A stretch of DNA of 63,878 nt, the filler included, from Cercozoa sp. M6MM (Eukaryota > Protista > Endomyxa: Ascetosporea), in assembly GCA_040357565.1 (NCBI GenBank). It is 9 parts of 9 records of this genome, joined end to end, with 100 filler letters (N's around TTAATTAATTAA, not from the genome) between each part and the next. Parts side by side here need not be neighbours in the genome. Positions count along the whole stretch, not along the records: positions 1 to 18,709 come from JBDODJ010000229.1; 8 more parts are not named here. One strand, given 5' to 3'. Numbering within the stretch: position 1 is the first letter of the stretch; every line of letters begins with the position of its first letter. The translations under genes and the position numbers were made by a program. A model generated the notes under the pieces. It ran no database searches, was not told where the DNA came from, and saw only the letters and a program-made list of their open reading frames with translations. Below, piece after piece: positions 1-12,588 of this stretch.

Positions 1-33
1 CCCCCCCCCCCACCCCCTTTATCCTCCCCCCAG

Positions 34-890
34 GTGACCTCGCTGGCACTGCGTGTGCTGTGCCGTCCGTGTTCCTACGTGACGGCACGACAGTCGGCGA
101 CGCTGCTGGACCGTTTCGTCGTTGCTGCTGACACGGTACACTTGTCCCTGTCCCTGTCCAGTTGGACCAATTCCTTAAATTATCACAACCCCCAGAATCC
201 CGGTCTGCAACACTACATGACGCAACAAGGCAGCGCCGAAATCGCGCGTGCCACACTGCTTGCCATCATGCTGAGAGGTTCCACAGCTCTAACCTCTAAT
301 CACATACTCGCCTTTTATTTTGCTCTCGGTTTCGGTTTTGATTCTTTGTTTTTTGTAGCCCATCCGACTGCAGCACGCCGCCTGGCGCAGCTTCTGTTCC
401 GAGTGGCTGCGCGAGCGCCTGACACTGTGGGAGAGGTCTGCACGCTTCTCGTGCACGATCAAGACGAGCGTAACTTGTTTTTTCTCGTATTTTCCCGAGT
501 CAGTTGGGAAACACATTTTGGTTTGTTTGTGTTTTCTTGGCCAGTGTTGCGAGATGTGGCCGCCGAGCTGCGTGCCCGTGTGTCGGATGCAGCTTTGGCA
601 CAGATGGTGCTGTCGTTGCGCCACTATTGCAGGGTGAGTCAGTTTTTTGCAACTTGTATTGTTTTGTGTGTATGTTTGTGGCGTGACTGCAGTTGGCGCA
701 CACGCTGAGACAGCAGGCGCAACAGCACGGTGCCAGTCGGATTCACGCCTTGCGTGCGAAACGTGTGTCGGCGCAGATGAGCCTCCTGCTGAGCGACGCT
801 GCCGAGTTCGCGCGTGGCGCGCGTCCGCTCGACGACTCATGGCTCCTGCAGCACGCACCGGCGCACGTCAGTGCCATGCTGCAGGGATGA
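34..890 (+). CDS. Hypothetical alpha-helical protein, 3' part of a spliced gene (5' end outside window)
   Basis: Exons joined by GT-AG introns; last exon ...HALRAKRVSAQMSLLLSDAAEFARGARPLDDSWLLQHAPAHVSAMLQG* ends at TGA 888-890. Family not recognised. Confidence 0.55.
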
Positions 891-1007
891 CTCCCCGCTT
901 GCCCGGCGCGAACGGGACGCGACGTTAACTAGCGTAACATCGTCGCCGTGGCATTCGATTTGATTACAAACCGAAACGCACGGCAATTAATCCCCGTGCA
1001 CTGATAT

Positions 1008-1200
1008 CCTAGATCATTCTAACTAAAAAAATCACGTTTTAGAACCGTTCTAATTTGTACCGATATTCTAGAATGATAGGAACGCTGTTATTCTAGAATG
1101 GTCACATGAATATAACTTGTTCTAGAACAGGCGTCTTTGTTCTAGAATAGACGATGTCGACTGTCTTGGTTCTAGAACAGTGTCACCGACTAGAACAGCG
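1008..1200. repeat. Left subterminal array of (T)TCTAGAA palindromic motifs
   Basis: About 9 copies or variants of TTCTAGAA/CTAGAA spaced roughly 20-30 bp apart. Confidence 0.85.
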
Positions 1201-1356
1201 CCAGGTGTGGCGCTGCTCCAGGCAAGAGACACACTGCCCCAGTCTCGCACACAACACTCACGCGCACGGAGACATGTCTGGGCGGTCGTCTAGACGTTAC
1301 GGCGACGCTTGTTGTTTGTTTTGGCTCACACCCGTCCTGTACAAAAAGAGAAGCGC

Positions 1357-2418
1357 ATGGATAGAAGAGACCGCCCAGGAACAAAAGAAACATACTCGCA
1401 GCTGGTTGACAGTGCTGATGACACGTTGAACGAAGTCGCGAACCTCCGGAAGATAGGTGTCTTCGTAGACAGACAGATCGGTCTCCTGGTAAACACGGTA
1501 AATTTACTTAGTCCAGATTATGTATTTTTAAGATGAGCATTACCATGCAGGGAGATGGGTCGCGGCTGCGTTGATGTACAAGAATCAGAAGCGGCACCAG
1601 TAAGAAGAGTTTGTCTGCATAGTAAACCAATGCGCAAAACAAGTTCAGTATATTTATACAGTAAAGCAAATCAATACTTGGTGCTACCACCGAGACAACG
1701 TCAGGTTGCGACCGAGCGTGCAGAAGAGGTTCCTTTGAGAAGTCGCACCCGGTAACGCTTTCAGCTGCGCACAAAAGTACGTCAAAATAGCTCCGAGCAC
1801 TCAAGTGTACCGTTCAAAACCATACTGCAGGAAGACAGAACAAACCATCAGCGATCGTCGTCGCTGAGTTGAGGCGCATCCGGGTCGACAATCCGAGCAA
1901 TGAGATCACACAAACTGCCTGCCAACTGCAGGTTTAAACAGTGATTGCACAGCAGATTTAAAAGCAGACAGAAAGAATGTGCACCAGATAAAAGCAGACA
2001 GAAAGAAAGTGCACCAGATAAAGCAGACAGAAAGAAAGTGCTTCGGTTCGTTTCCGGGCTTCACCGGCAGCGTCAAGTTTGAGAAGGTCAGTGCCTATGA
2101 TATGCGCCAAACAAAATATTTTGATCAAATCCGAGCGCGACAATTTGCTACATGTAAGGGCTGCGGTCTTGACACTCAACGTCCTTGTACACTGCACGCA
2201 CCATCGTGAACACACCGTCCGAGGCGATTAAGAGCAGCTGCTGCTTGGCAGACACGCGTTTTGCACACTTAAAGGATACTGATACAATTCATGATTTAAC
2301 CCCCACACAGGCCCAATTAGAGCTTTGTTGTACGTTATTAACGACAATTCAGACTGATTTAAGCACCTTGATATCGAGAAAATGTGGGAGTTCACCAAAA
2401 CCATCCGAATCCGTGTAA
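1357..2418 (+). CDS. Putative spliced ORF(s) inside the TIR element, product unknown
   Basis: ATG at MDRRDRPGTKETYSQLVDSADDTLNEVANLRKI, several GT..AG candidate introns and protein-like segments (e.g. AIVVAELRRIRVDNPSNEITQ). Exon chain uncertain. Confidence 0.3.
1960..2041. repeat. ~30-bp tandem repeat (about 2.7 copies)
   Basis: AAAGCAGACAGAAAGAA(T/A)GTGCACCAGATA repeated. Confidence 0.9.
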
Positions 2419-2436
2419 TCGTGCGCAGGGCACGAC

Positions 2437-2870
2437 ATGCCACGCACGAAGGACGACATTCCTTGCGCAGAGTGCGGACGTCCATTTCGGAGCAACAGAG
2501 CTGGTTTAGAGGAGATACAGCGGCATGTACTTGCTCTACATCCTCCGCTGGAGCTGAACCTGCGGCAGGCCGGCATGGACTTGGGGAATTTGGAGCTGGA
2601 GGCAGCAGCTGAGGAGCCTGAGCCCTTCGATCCCACTGAATTTTTCGCCGCGATGGATCCAGCTTTAAGGGACCTGCAGAATATAGTCGGGAGGATCTGC
2701 ATGACGAATTTAAGGTGCCTGAGCCAGACGCTGCCGCACCGATGCCAGCCGCTGAAGTCGAAGAAGCAGTGCACCGATTGCACCAGGTGCTAATGGATGG
2801 AGTTTGGCAACGCTCGGACGAAGACGATGAAATGGACGTTGATTCTGAACAGAAGAAAAACACACACACA

Positions 2871-2906
<36 letters not shown>

Positions 2907-3040
2907 CAGCTACCTTTCGCGAGATCGATGCTGTCGTGACTGTTACATCTGCTGCCGTGCAACGGTCTACGAAGCATGGTCGTCCGTCGCTCAGCGCCAT
3001 GGAGGGTGAAGTTGTCACCATCATCTTCACGACAACCTAC
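2437..3040 (+). CDS. C2H2-like Zn-finger plus acidic protein inside the TIR element (possible truncated transposase N-terminus)
   Basis: MPRTKDDIPCAECGRPFRSNRAGLEEIQRHVLALH (CxxC...HxxxxH) followed by acidic segments; interrupted by (CA)n at ~2860-2903. No DDE domain visible. Confidence 0.4.
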
Positions 3041-3215
3041 AGGTACGATTCGCCGTACAACGTGTCCGGCACTAACATTAACACACCAGTACCTCGCATC
3101 TAAACGACCGCACAATATAGACGAGCTTCCAGTTGAGCATACAGTTCTTAGAGTTGAGTGCTGACCAAGTACATTGTACTACTTTAGAAAAGTTCCCGGT
3201 GCTTTGATCGCTAGC

Positions 3216-3690
3216 CTTATTCTGAGCAAGCTTAGCGCTACTCTCCCTAGAATAGTTGTTCTGGTGTTTTTAGAGCGTGGGATTTTCTGAGTTGGCCTTT
3301 GATTTGAGCTCCCTTATTCAAGCCAACTTAGCGCCACTCTAGAATAGTTTGGCATTCTTAGAGCGTTGGTCTTGAAGTTGACCTTGAATCCGGTCTCCTT
3401 CATTCTAAGTCAGCTTAGTGCTATTCTAGAATAGTGCCGGTGTTTTTAGAGCGTGGGATTTTCGATGCGACGTGCTGGTCTCATTCTAAGCAAGCATAGT
3501 GTTACTCTAGAATAGTTTCAGTGTTCTTAGAGCGTGGGATTTTTCTGGGCGCTGGCCTTGCTTGTTCTAGTTTTGTCCGATCGGGGTCTAGAACAACCGA
3601 GCGGAACCCTAGATCACTCTAGTTTCTTTGCGTATTCTAGAACAAGCGCAGAAAGCTGCTTCTATTCTAGAATACCCTCTAGAATATTCT
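3216..3690. repeat. Right subterminal array: four degenerate ~85-95 bp units, then further TCTAGA motifs
   Basis: Units share CTTATTCT.AG..AGCTTAG.GCTA..CTAGAATAGT and TT.TTAGAGCGTGGGATTTT blocks, starting near 3216, 3312, 3398 and 3479. Confidence 0.85.
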
Positions 3691-3888
3691 AGGTAGTCAG
3701 TGGACGGGGAATGATACGATAGATACACTGAATCGAATTTTAGTTTCGTTACAATATTTCGTTTTGTTAATAGGCGTAGCAACTCCGTTCGGGTCGTTCG
3801 TGTTTCTGCAGTGCTGCTGTACCGTATTCTGTACGTATGGTACGGCAATTACGTACTGAGCTGCGAGATCGCACTCAGAAGTCAGAAC

Positions 3889-5799
3889 TCAGAAGCTGCT
3901 GGATCCGGGATCGGCAGAGCTGCTGCGCGACAGAGACAAATCAGCGAACTGTCGCTTGCCGGTCAGCAACTCCTCCACCTGTGCAAGTGGAGCGAATCGA
4001 ACGATACAGACCAGTTGCTCATAATCCCAATTGAAACTGAAACGGAGCCAAACCTCTTGCGTGTTCGCACGGGATGAAGGTTTCACGGAAAGACCTGCGC
4101 ATATGCATAACAACCGCACACACCAAAAGAACTAAAATGGCATTCGTACAGGCTCTAAGCACGAAAGCGAGTCGCTGAGACAACGCTCGGAACTGGAGGA
4201 CGGAGCTTTCGCTGACGTCAATGCTGTCGGAATCGGCGGTACTCTTGGTGCCACTAATGGTGCTATTGCAAGCCGTGCGGGTCAATGTTGGCCTCGCTTC
4301 GGCCATCGGGTCGAATCGCCAGTTCACATGTTGCAGCAGAGACTCGACCAGCCGAAGGCGAATTCGCTCTTCCTCGCTCTATCGGCAAACTTCGAGTGCC
4401 GTGACAAATACTGAGGCTGAATGAAACACACCTCCCAAATCGTCGGCAGTTGAGACTGCTGAGCGAGTTCTGTTCAAGGACAGACAGATCAGAACCGGCG
4501 AACACAACAAAACGACGCTAGAGTTAGACCCAGACTATTACCAGGACTGTCGGATATGTCGGCACTGGTCACGAACGAAGGCAAGCAGCGCGTCAGGTCG
4601 GCTACCGACATTCCGAGACTCCTGTGTTGTCGTCGCAAACTCAGGTTGGTCAGTTCAAAGGGTTGAAAAGCATGAGAAAACTAAATTACCACATATCAAT
4701 CGCAAAGCCAGAGTCACCGAGATGGGCTCGAGCAGCGTCTCCTCCGTTCCGCAGTGCGAGCATCTTCCAACAATGTTTCTTCCAAAAAATGCACACAATA
4801 CAAACAGTTGTACCTCGGGTGAAGCGTAGAGAGGAGTGCCGAAAGTGGAGAACGGCGTGGTCTGCAAAGTTTCGCGGTCGGCGAAATGCACACTCCCGAA
4901 GTCGCACAGTTTGACATTTAGCGACTCATCGACGACAAAGTTCGACGGTTTTACATCACCGTGAATGTAACCACGCAAGTGCATGGCTCGCAGGGCATCG
5001 TTCATCTGCCGCACGATGTGTTCGAGCATTGACTGCAGTTTTTCGGTTTCGAAGCGCTCATGCAGCGCCGACACAAAATTCGGCAACGAATCGAAGCTGC
5101 AGAGTCGAAGCAGGAGCATCTGAGTTCAAGAAAACACACACACACCGTTTTCATTTGTTTGAAGCGATGTGAGAGCGAAGCTTACAGCTCCGAACGAATC
5201 TTCTACAATGTCGAAAGCTGCCACAAAATTCTCGCAACTGAAGTTGCTGCGCAAAAACGCCGATTCGCGTCGATATTCTTCAAGAAGCACTTCGTTTGTT
5301 CCGTGAGCACTTGTGTGTGTCTGTTGCTCGTCAAACGACATTGCACTAGCAGGAGAAAACCAATAAGGTATGTATTGAACGTAACATTGTATTGGGTCTC
5401 AAACTTTAGATATAAATTTACCATTGAGCACAGGAGCATCGGCAGTGTTTGGCTAAAGCAGCGACGCGGGGGGCCAACCCACAGAAGCCAGCGTCTCGAA
5501 AGGTCAGCTGCACAATATAAATTCATCCCCAGCTTCCACCGACAGAACCCCAATGAATGCCTACCAACTTTGCTGCTGCCCTTAGTCCTAAATTTACAGT
5601 GTTTATGTATCTTTGCACTTCAAAAACAGTTGATACGCCGTAAAGGTACAGTACCACTGTGCGCATGAATGGCCAGGTGCATCGACACACCGTTGCGAAA
5701 CAACATTCGTGGCCGCAGCAACACGAGCCAGTCGCCAATACGCGCCCACTCCTTGTGGGACACGTCATGATCGGCAACGCTGTCGCTCTCCAGCGACAT
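3889..5799 (-). CDS. Ser/Thr protein kinase (spliced)
   Basis: YIHGDVKPSNFVV, VKLCDFGS, FGTPLYASPE and IDMW motifs across exons. Start and end approximate. Confidence 0.85.
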
Positions 5800-5998
5800 C
5801 GAGAAAGAAGTGCAATCGGAGGATGCGCATTCCGAAAGCACACTCAGTTGCTCTAGTTGCGATGAGGGCGACAAACTCAATCGAAGACCCCAGGCGTGTC
5901 TTCCTGTGTTGGCGGAGAAGTTTGGCTAAATTAACAGTCCAAAAAGAATGCGAATTCTTCCGCGCGGAGGCAAAAACTCATATGAATAGATTGCAGCC

Positions 5999-7480
5999 TC
6001 AACAAGCTTGTACCACGTCTGGAGAAGTCGAAACTGAATGTGACTTGCTTTGGCAATCTTCGTTCGTTTTTTTCGTGTGTTTCGTTTTACTCGTGAGTTC
6101 AACTGAAGCGACGTTGTTTTTCTTCCATCGGCCGCACAGTTCAAACACGGCGGAAGGACGCACCAGCATGAGCATGCAAAGTGATGTCAGAGTGATGCCG
6201 CACAAGAACCACGTGCTACTCTGAGTGTGGATTGGGCCACTCGTCGAACTCTAAACACAAAATTTGTAAAACCTCACTCCCAGTTCCACTGACAGTTGAA
6301 ACACAAAAGGTGAAAGACAAACTTTCAGAACGGAGGCAAGAAGAATCTCGACTTGCACAGTTGGCCCGGGTTGTGGTGGTTTTGCGTGTTGTGGCTTGTG
6401 ACTCGAGGTCTGTATCTGAGGGGTTCCTGAGGATACTGTGTGGGCAGTGTTTGCTGCTGCGACTGTTGTGACAGTGTTTGCCGCTGTGGCTGTTGTTGTG
6501 ACTGGTGTTTTGACACTATCGACTGTCGTTTTTGCGGGAATTTCGACAGTTTTGGATTCAATTTCGTGGGTTGTGGCAGCCGCTTCTGTTTCTTCTGTTT
6601 CTTGTCTTCTTTCCGCTGCAACAATTCGAATTGTTTCCTGCGTGCCACCGACTTCAGTATCGACTGCAACGGTAGGACGCAACTTTTTCAAGTATGCAAC
6701 AGCGTGTGCGTTCACTTCCTTCAAGTAGCCATCTTCTTCGACTTCAGTGTCGGAAGAAGGCGAACTGCATTTTGGGCGCGGAAACTTCGCGAACATGTCG
6801 CTTCTGCGAGCCAAGTGAACAGTGAAAGTGAAGTTGTTTTGTTCAATAAAAAGGCTCAAGCTTACGCAGTTAAGAATAAAGCAGCTGTGTTGAGACGGAC
6901 TTGCAGGAAATCAGGTGGAAACACTTCTAATCTTCCGAAGAACTCTTGGCTTTTTCTGCTCCAAGTTGATACACCTTAGAACTCACATTTGTTCATGTAG
7001 TCTTAGAGAGGTCTTACAAAAGAGTAGATTCTGGACCAACGACTTTCTGAATGATCGATTGGATTTTCGGTATCGGGTCCACGATCCATACGAGCGTGTT
7101 CCACAAGTACAGGGCGACACGAAGATGCTGCAGACACTCGTAGCCACCACACTGTACCTTGTCCCAGTGTGCAGACGGGAGCCGAGCAATCTCGTCCGGA
7201 CTCGCTTCTTTCCACACGTTCGTCATGTTTTCTGCAAACAGAACACTCATCTGCCATATACAGGTACAACCACCGTTGGAATAAGAATACCTAAAAGACG
7301 TCCAAATTTTGACTTCAGTCGATCAGACAATGTATCTTTTTGTGTCGCATGCGCTTGACATTCGCGATTGTCAGTTGTAGTGTACATGAGCCAAGCCGGG
7401 TCATACACATGTTGCAAGCGAGCGATTGTGACCGACAAGAAGGCTGCTCAAAGCATTGAAACATCACCCAACCAGAAGTC
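5999..7480 (-). CDS. Hypothetical membrane protein with Thr/Ala-rich mucin-like stalk and C-terminal TM segment
   Basis: Exon ~6340-6800 is Thr-rich (TTTATAANTVTTVAAANT); next exon WFLCGITLTSLCMLMLV is hydrophobic; upstream exon 7014-7250 is linked by GT-AG introns. Start uncertain. Confidence 0.45.
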
Positions 7481-7506
7481 TGCCTGGGACGGAAACTAAA
7501 ATGCAA

Positions 7507-7983
7507 CTAGAACTCACTTGTTTCGATGGCCTGCAAGGCTCTCCTCACCGACAAATTCGAGTCTGCGTTCAAACTTGCAAGACTCTTCCACAGTGCCAGC
7601 GCGGATGCAAACAAAATCGAGTCGTTTGAAGTGAAGCAGATGCACTCGGGTTCTTGTTGCCCGACGGGTGACATCATGACCCGCGGTTTCGTCTGCACGT
7701 GGTGAATTGGCGCCGAAGCAGTCTGAGTGATTTGGTGCAACTCGTCGTCGATCACATCCTGGTTGAAAACAATTTTCCGTTTTACCGTGATAGAATCTAC
7801 TTGAAACAGACTGATGAACAATGTACTGGTTGGATTGGAGGCGACTCTTCGGAGGAAGCACCGGGCGAAGACACTTGCAGTTCTTGGGTTGACACGCAGG
7901 CAGACTTGAATGGAACTTTGGTACCGCCCGAAACTCGCACGGGTTGCGACAATGCAGTCAGGCGCTTCTGTGAAGTTTAAAAA

Positions 7984-8020
<37 letters not shown>

Positions 8021-8046
8021 ACACACACACGTGCACACACACACGT

Positions 8047-8084
<38 letters not shown>

Positions 8085-9237
8085 GTGAAAGTGTGAAGTC
8101 CAAGCTTAAGGATGAGTCTTCTAAACAGCGTTATTTACCAGTAGTTTAGCGGCCTGGTCGTTGCCTTCCAGCAACTCAAGTGCCGAAATCACTTTGCGAT
8201 CCCGCTCCGAGCACAAGTCGCACAGGTGCACTGCCGACTGCGAGCGTCGCATGTTTGTCTGGGCTCCTGAAGTAGGAGACGCCACTCGGATGCCAGCTGG
8301 AGTGCTCGCTCGCACCTGAGTCTGGGGCGATGGTTCGACGATGTCGTTTCCTGGTTGACAAATCTTATCATCATATGACTGCCATTCAGTTTGGTCAATT
8401 TTAGTTTGAAGAGTTTTACCGGTCAAAGTGGAAAACAAAGGAGACGAAACGCGTGTGTTGGGCGACAGACACGAACCAAGGCACTCTGGGAGGCCAAAAT
8501 CGCAGTTGCCGCTCATTGGGGTGCAGTGACAAAGTGTATTTTCTTCGTCGGGCAGGCAAAACTCGTCGTCTTTCAGAGTGACGAGCAAAGGACTCGAGTT
8601 TTGGTCGACTTCTTTCCCGTTTTTTGTCTCGAAAGAATCCGGAGAGTCAGCGGAACCAATCTTAAAGAAGTTTGACTTCCAGTCGCTCGCTATTGGCTCC
8701 GCAAGCTTCACAAACTCGCTCAGTCGATCTTGGTTCGCGACCAAAAAGTCTCGACACACACCATTGGCGCTGTTGGACCACGCCAAGCTACATTCTTCAG
8801 AACAGACAAACAGTACTGCTGGTACGAAATCATTGAAAGAACAGGATGGACTGACCTTCGAGAGCTTGGATTCGAGAAACGAAACTCGCGGTCAAAAATA
8901 TTGACAGTAGAGACGTGTGCCCCATGTGGCTCAAACCTATTGTATAAAGTGAGGAGCTACTTTCAAGCGAGGAATTGCCTGGGAAAGAAGTACACTTGAA
9001 ATCAATGACTTGACTGTACAAGCGAAGGTAGCCGTTCAGACGGTGCGAACTTGGCCTAGCAACGCATTCAAAGCGCACACTCTCGTCGATTCGTCTAATT
9101 TAAAGCCTCAAAACGCCACTTTTGATGGGCCCTGAAAACGGATCGGACTGCTGGCTGGCACGTGTCCATTTTCGGTCTTCCGCCATCGGACTTTCATCGG
9201 AGCTGTTGTCGACTCTTGCTACCCGCGACAACAACAT
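7507..9237 (-). CDS. Hypothetical protein (spliced)
   Basis: Long minus-strand ORFs 8121-8786 and 7507-7960 separated by a (CA)n-containing intron. No family recognised. Confidence 0.45.
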
Positions 9238-9399
9238 GCGACGCCGAATTTAAATTGAGCTTTTGGCTCAAAGTAGGTTTTCACAACACAGGAACACCAA
9301 AACCTGCATTGAAAACTGTATTCTCGAACTCGAGGGAAATCGCCACCAAAAGCAACCCTTCTTAGAGTTTTGAGTGTCTTGAAAAAGCACATCACACAA

Positions 9400-12300
9400 T
9401 TTGCACATGCAAGCTGCTATCCTTGACCCTGTCCGCGCGGACTTTGATTTGTTTTTTGCCAGTTTCCGGGTGGCCCGAAAAAACACAAATTGAGATCGAA
9501 ACGCCGGTTGCGCGTGCCTCGAACCCGCTGAGCCTCGCGCATGCTTTGCTGTCTCGTGCGCTCGAAAATAACGAGCTCACCGAGGAGACGCTGGCAAGTT
9601 CTACACGGTGCTCTCAAAAATGCTGAGTGTGCTCAAGCACGAGTCCGTCTGCACGTAACACCGTACGGCAGCCAAAAGATCGACAGGACTGATGGTCTCG
9701 CTGCTTTCACACTTCTTGAACTGAGTGATTCGATCGACACCACCTTCGGCATGGAGGCTTGGAGCACTTCCTGCACCCACCCCGATTCGACGGCCAGAGC
9801 TGACTCACTCACACCCACCTTCCTCGAGCAACATAGCTGCAGGCTTCTTGTCTTTTCCTTTTCGTTAATTTGACTAGACTACTGGACACTACGTTAGCTA
9901 GCTACTGCAATTTCAGTTCCGTCAATACTACCTACGCTACTGCTTGCCGGCAGCCGAGGAGGAAATCGACCGGATAGACAAGGCGCTGTGCAGCGATGCG
10001 TTGTCATTGAAGTCGTCGAGAGCGTCTTCACTTTGTTCCAGATCTGCAGAACTTGGGGCAACTTTACGACGTTCGCGAGGTTTTTTCAAAGACCGGTGCG
10101 AGCGACGTGAATTCGCTGAAGCAGCACTCTTGTGGGACCGGCGTGAATGCAGTGAGCGCGAGGACTCTTGGTGCGACAAGCGAGTTGAGCCCGACGGGTG
10201 CGACAGTGCTGACACAGCTTCGGAAGGTAGAGTTGAAAACGTGCGCGAAGAACGGGAGCGCTGAGAAGGCAACGAGGGGTTCTTGAGAGAGACAGGAGTG
10301 CTGCCGATCGCGTCGTATCGCGTCTGTTCGCTTCGAACCGAGCGCGGTCGCTGCGTCGACTCGGAAGGCGAAGGCGATGGCACGCACAGCGACGACAGTG
10401 TGTACTGCCTGAACGATTCGCCTTGTGACGCTGTGGCAGATCGAACCGACGGAGCTACCATCACTCCGATCTCGGTGTGATCGACATGACTTTCCTTTGT
10501 GTTCTGCAGAACATGCGTCAACCGACAACTTAACTAGACAGTAAGGCAAAATACCGAGATACTCAAAGGTTTCGACGACGTGCTTGAGTGTTTCGAAGTG
10601 CCGCTGGTGACACTTTCAGAGTCGCTGTCGTCGAAAAAGTTGCGTTGCTGCAGTTTGCGCAACTGCGAAAGCGACAAAGTTATCTGCGCCGAAGTTTCGC
10701 CTGGTGTCGCATTCGGTAGATTTGCACTGCCGATGGCTTCTTGGGGCTGAGTTTCCGGTGTGTCTGTCGTTTCAGGCAGCTTAGTTTCGAGGCATTCGAG
10801 CAAGTCACACTGCACTGCAGCATCTTCGAAACGCGCCTCGCGACGTCGCTGCCGTTCGCCCATTCTGCCTAGGAGAGCACTAAGCGTGCCATCGACGCGT
10901 GCATCGGCACTTCGCATCGACTCCTGCAGTCGAGCCAGTTCGGACGCCGCCATTCGCAGTTGAGCGGCGTCTTCTGCGCCGGCTTCGAGGTCGTCGCACT
11001 TGACGCGCAGTTCGTCGTTCTCGTTTAGTGTTTTTCGCAGCAGTGTTTTCGTTTCTTGCAGCTCACTCGCATCGCTTTCGTGACGCTGTGTGAGCGCAGT
11101 GTTCTGTGCTTCGAGAGTCGCGTTCCTTTCGTCGATTAGCACGAGTCGTTTTTCGGTGGATTGCAGTTGGCGCGAGGTTTCGCTCAACTCGTCTCGCAGG
11201 TCAGCAACGCCGAGTTGCTGACGTTCCTCCTCTTCGCGAATCTCGTTGCACTCCTGACGCAAGGTGTCGACAGCTTCTTGTGCAGCTTTTGCCTTGGCAT
11301 TGGCCATCTGCATCTCCGACAGCAACTCGTTCAGGCGTACTTTGAACTGCTCACCTTCGGCTGCCCGGGCAGTGATCTCCTGTCGAGCTTCACGCAAGGC
11401 TGTCTCTGCGTCGTGGAGCTCTTCTTCGAGTCGGGCGATGTCGCGCTCGTGCCTGTTTTGCAAGTCGTTCGCTCTTTCGAGGTCGACGGAGAGTTTCTTG
11501 TTGGCACCGCGCGCTTCGTTCAGCGCGTCGCGGAGTGCTCTCATTTCCTCTCGATGTGAAACTTCGCGTCGTTGCGCTTCGGCGATTTGAGCTTTGTTCT
11601 GTCAGGAAATTCACCCTTATTTTGCGGGAACTGAATACGGAAGCACTGGACTGTACCTCCGCGAGCAACTGCTCAACATGAAGCGTCCTTTCTCTTTCGG
11701 AGGAGTGCTCGGCATCAAGATGTCGCAAGCGGGCTCGCAGCTCAAACAACTCGTCATTTAAGGCGTGCTCGGAGCGACGCCACTCTTGTCTCTCTTGCTT
11801 TCGTTGCTCTTTCATGGAATGAATGGTCTGAGCTCGGTCCTCCGCTTTGGCTCGCTGTTCCTGCAACGCTTGTGCAGAAACGTTTCGCTCCTCTTCGCGA
11901 TTGTTTGTCATTTCGCACAGTCGCTGCTCTTGCTGCGCGATTTTTGCCTCTGCATGCGCCAACTGGTCTGCCATTCGCGCCTGTCATTTAAAAGTGCATT
12001 ATTCCGCCTACAGTTTCTGCGAAATTGTACCAGTGCTTTTTCGCGCTGATGAGAAGCACGTCGTGCATCCTGCTCTTGAGTTTCCAGCTCTGCTAATCGC
12101 TTCTTGTACGAGGCTTCCATCTTTTCGTATTTCGCACGCAGTGAGTTCACCAACTTGTCAAGTGGCGCAGACTAAAATGCATTAGTGATATTCCGTGAAG
12201 TTCTGTTTGAATTTTATTGGGACAGCACACAGCTTTGAGCAGCGCATGTGAAGCTCCACCGCCTCCCTTTGCCTCTTTCAACAGCTGCAGCTCGAGCTCC

Positions 12301-12588
12301 AAAAAGTAAATCTGCTGCTGCAAATTGCCGATATACTCGTGTTGCAATTGAGCATTGCCTTTTTGTGTGTTGTATGGTTTGCCAGTCGTGTTAGCTCGGT
12401 CTTGCTACAGATTAGCACGTACACGCACGAGAGGGGATCAGATCATTTGAAATGACGGAACTTACATTTCTTCGCGTTGCTCGCGAGCGACCACTTCCTC
12501 TGCTGGCGGCACTTGTCGGAGTTTCGCCAATATGTGACTTAATAGGGTTTTGAAGCACAGTTTGAGCGGCGATTTTGCTCCCAGGCAT
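9400..12588 (-). CDS. Long coiled-coil protein with Ser-rich low-complexity C-terminus (possibly centrosomal/ciliary)
   Basis: ATG 12588 (MPGSKIAAQ...), exon EYIGNLQQQIYFLELELQLLKE, heptad-rich E/Q/R/L ORFs 10534-11974, Ser/Arg-rich exon 9937-10521. 3' end approximate. Confidence 0.7.

Larger units (their letters stand above)
992..3709. mobile_element. ~2.7-kb DNA transposon-like element with imperfect 30-bp TIRs, 3-bp TSD and subterminal repeats (CACTA/CMC-like architecture, probably non-autonomous)
   Basis: Left end CCCCGTGCACTGATATCCTAGATCATTCTA (992-1021) vs reverse complement of right end CCCCGTCCACTGACTACCTAGAATATTCTA (3680-3709): 24/30 identical. Flanked by AAT (989-991) and AAT (3710-3712). 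TCTAGA/CTAGAA motifs cluster inside both ends. Confidence 0.75.

Noticed and set aside
1979-2209. TCKGCG motif suggesting a Fanzor/TnpB zinc ribbon
   Set aside because: It overlaps a GTAAG splice donor and is probably intronic; no RuvC motifs are seen.
3216-3560. CRISPR array
   Set aside because: Repeats are too degenerate, the variable segments are partly homologous, the context is eukaryotic and there are no cas genes.
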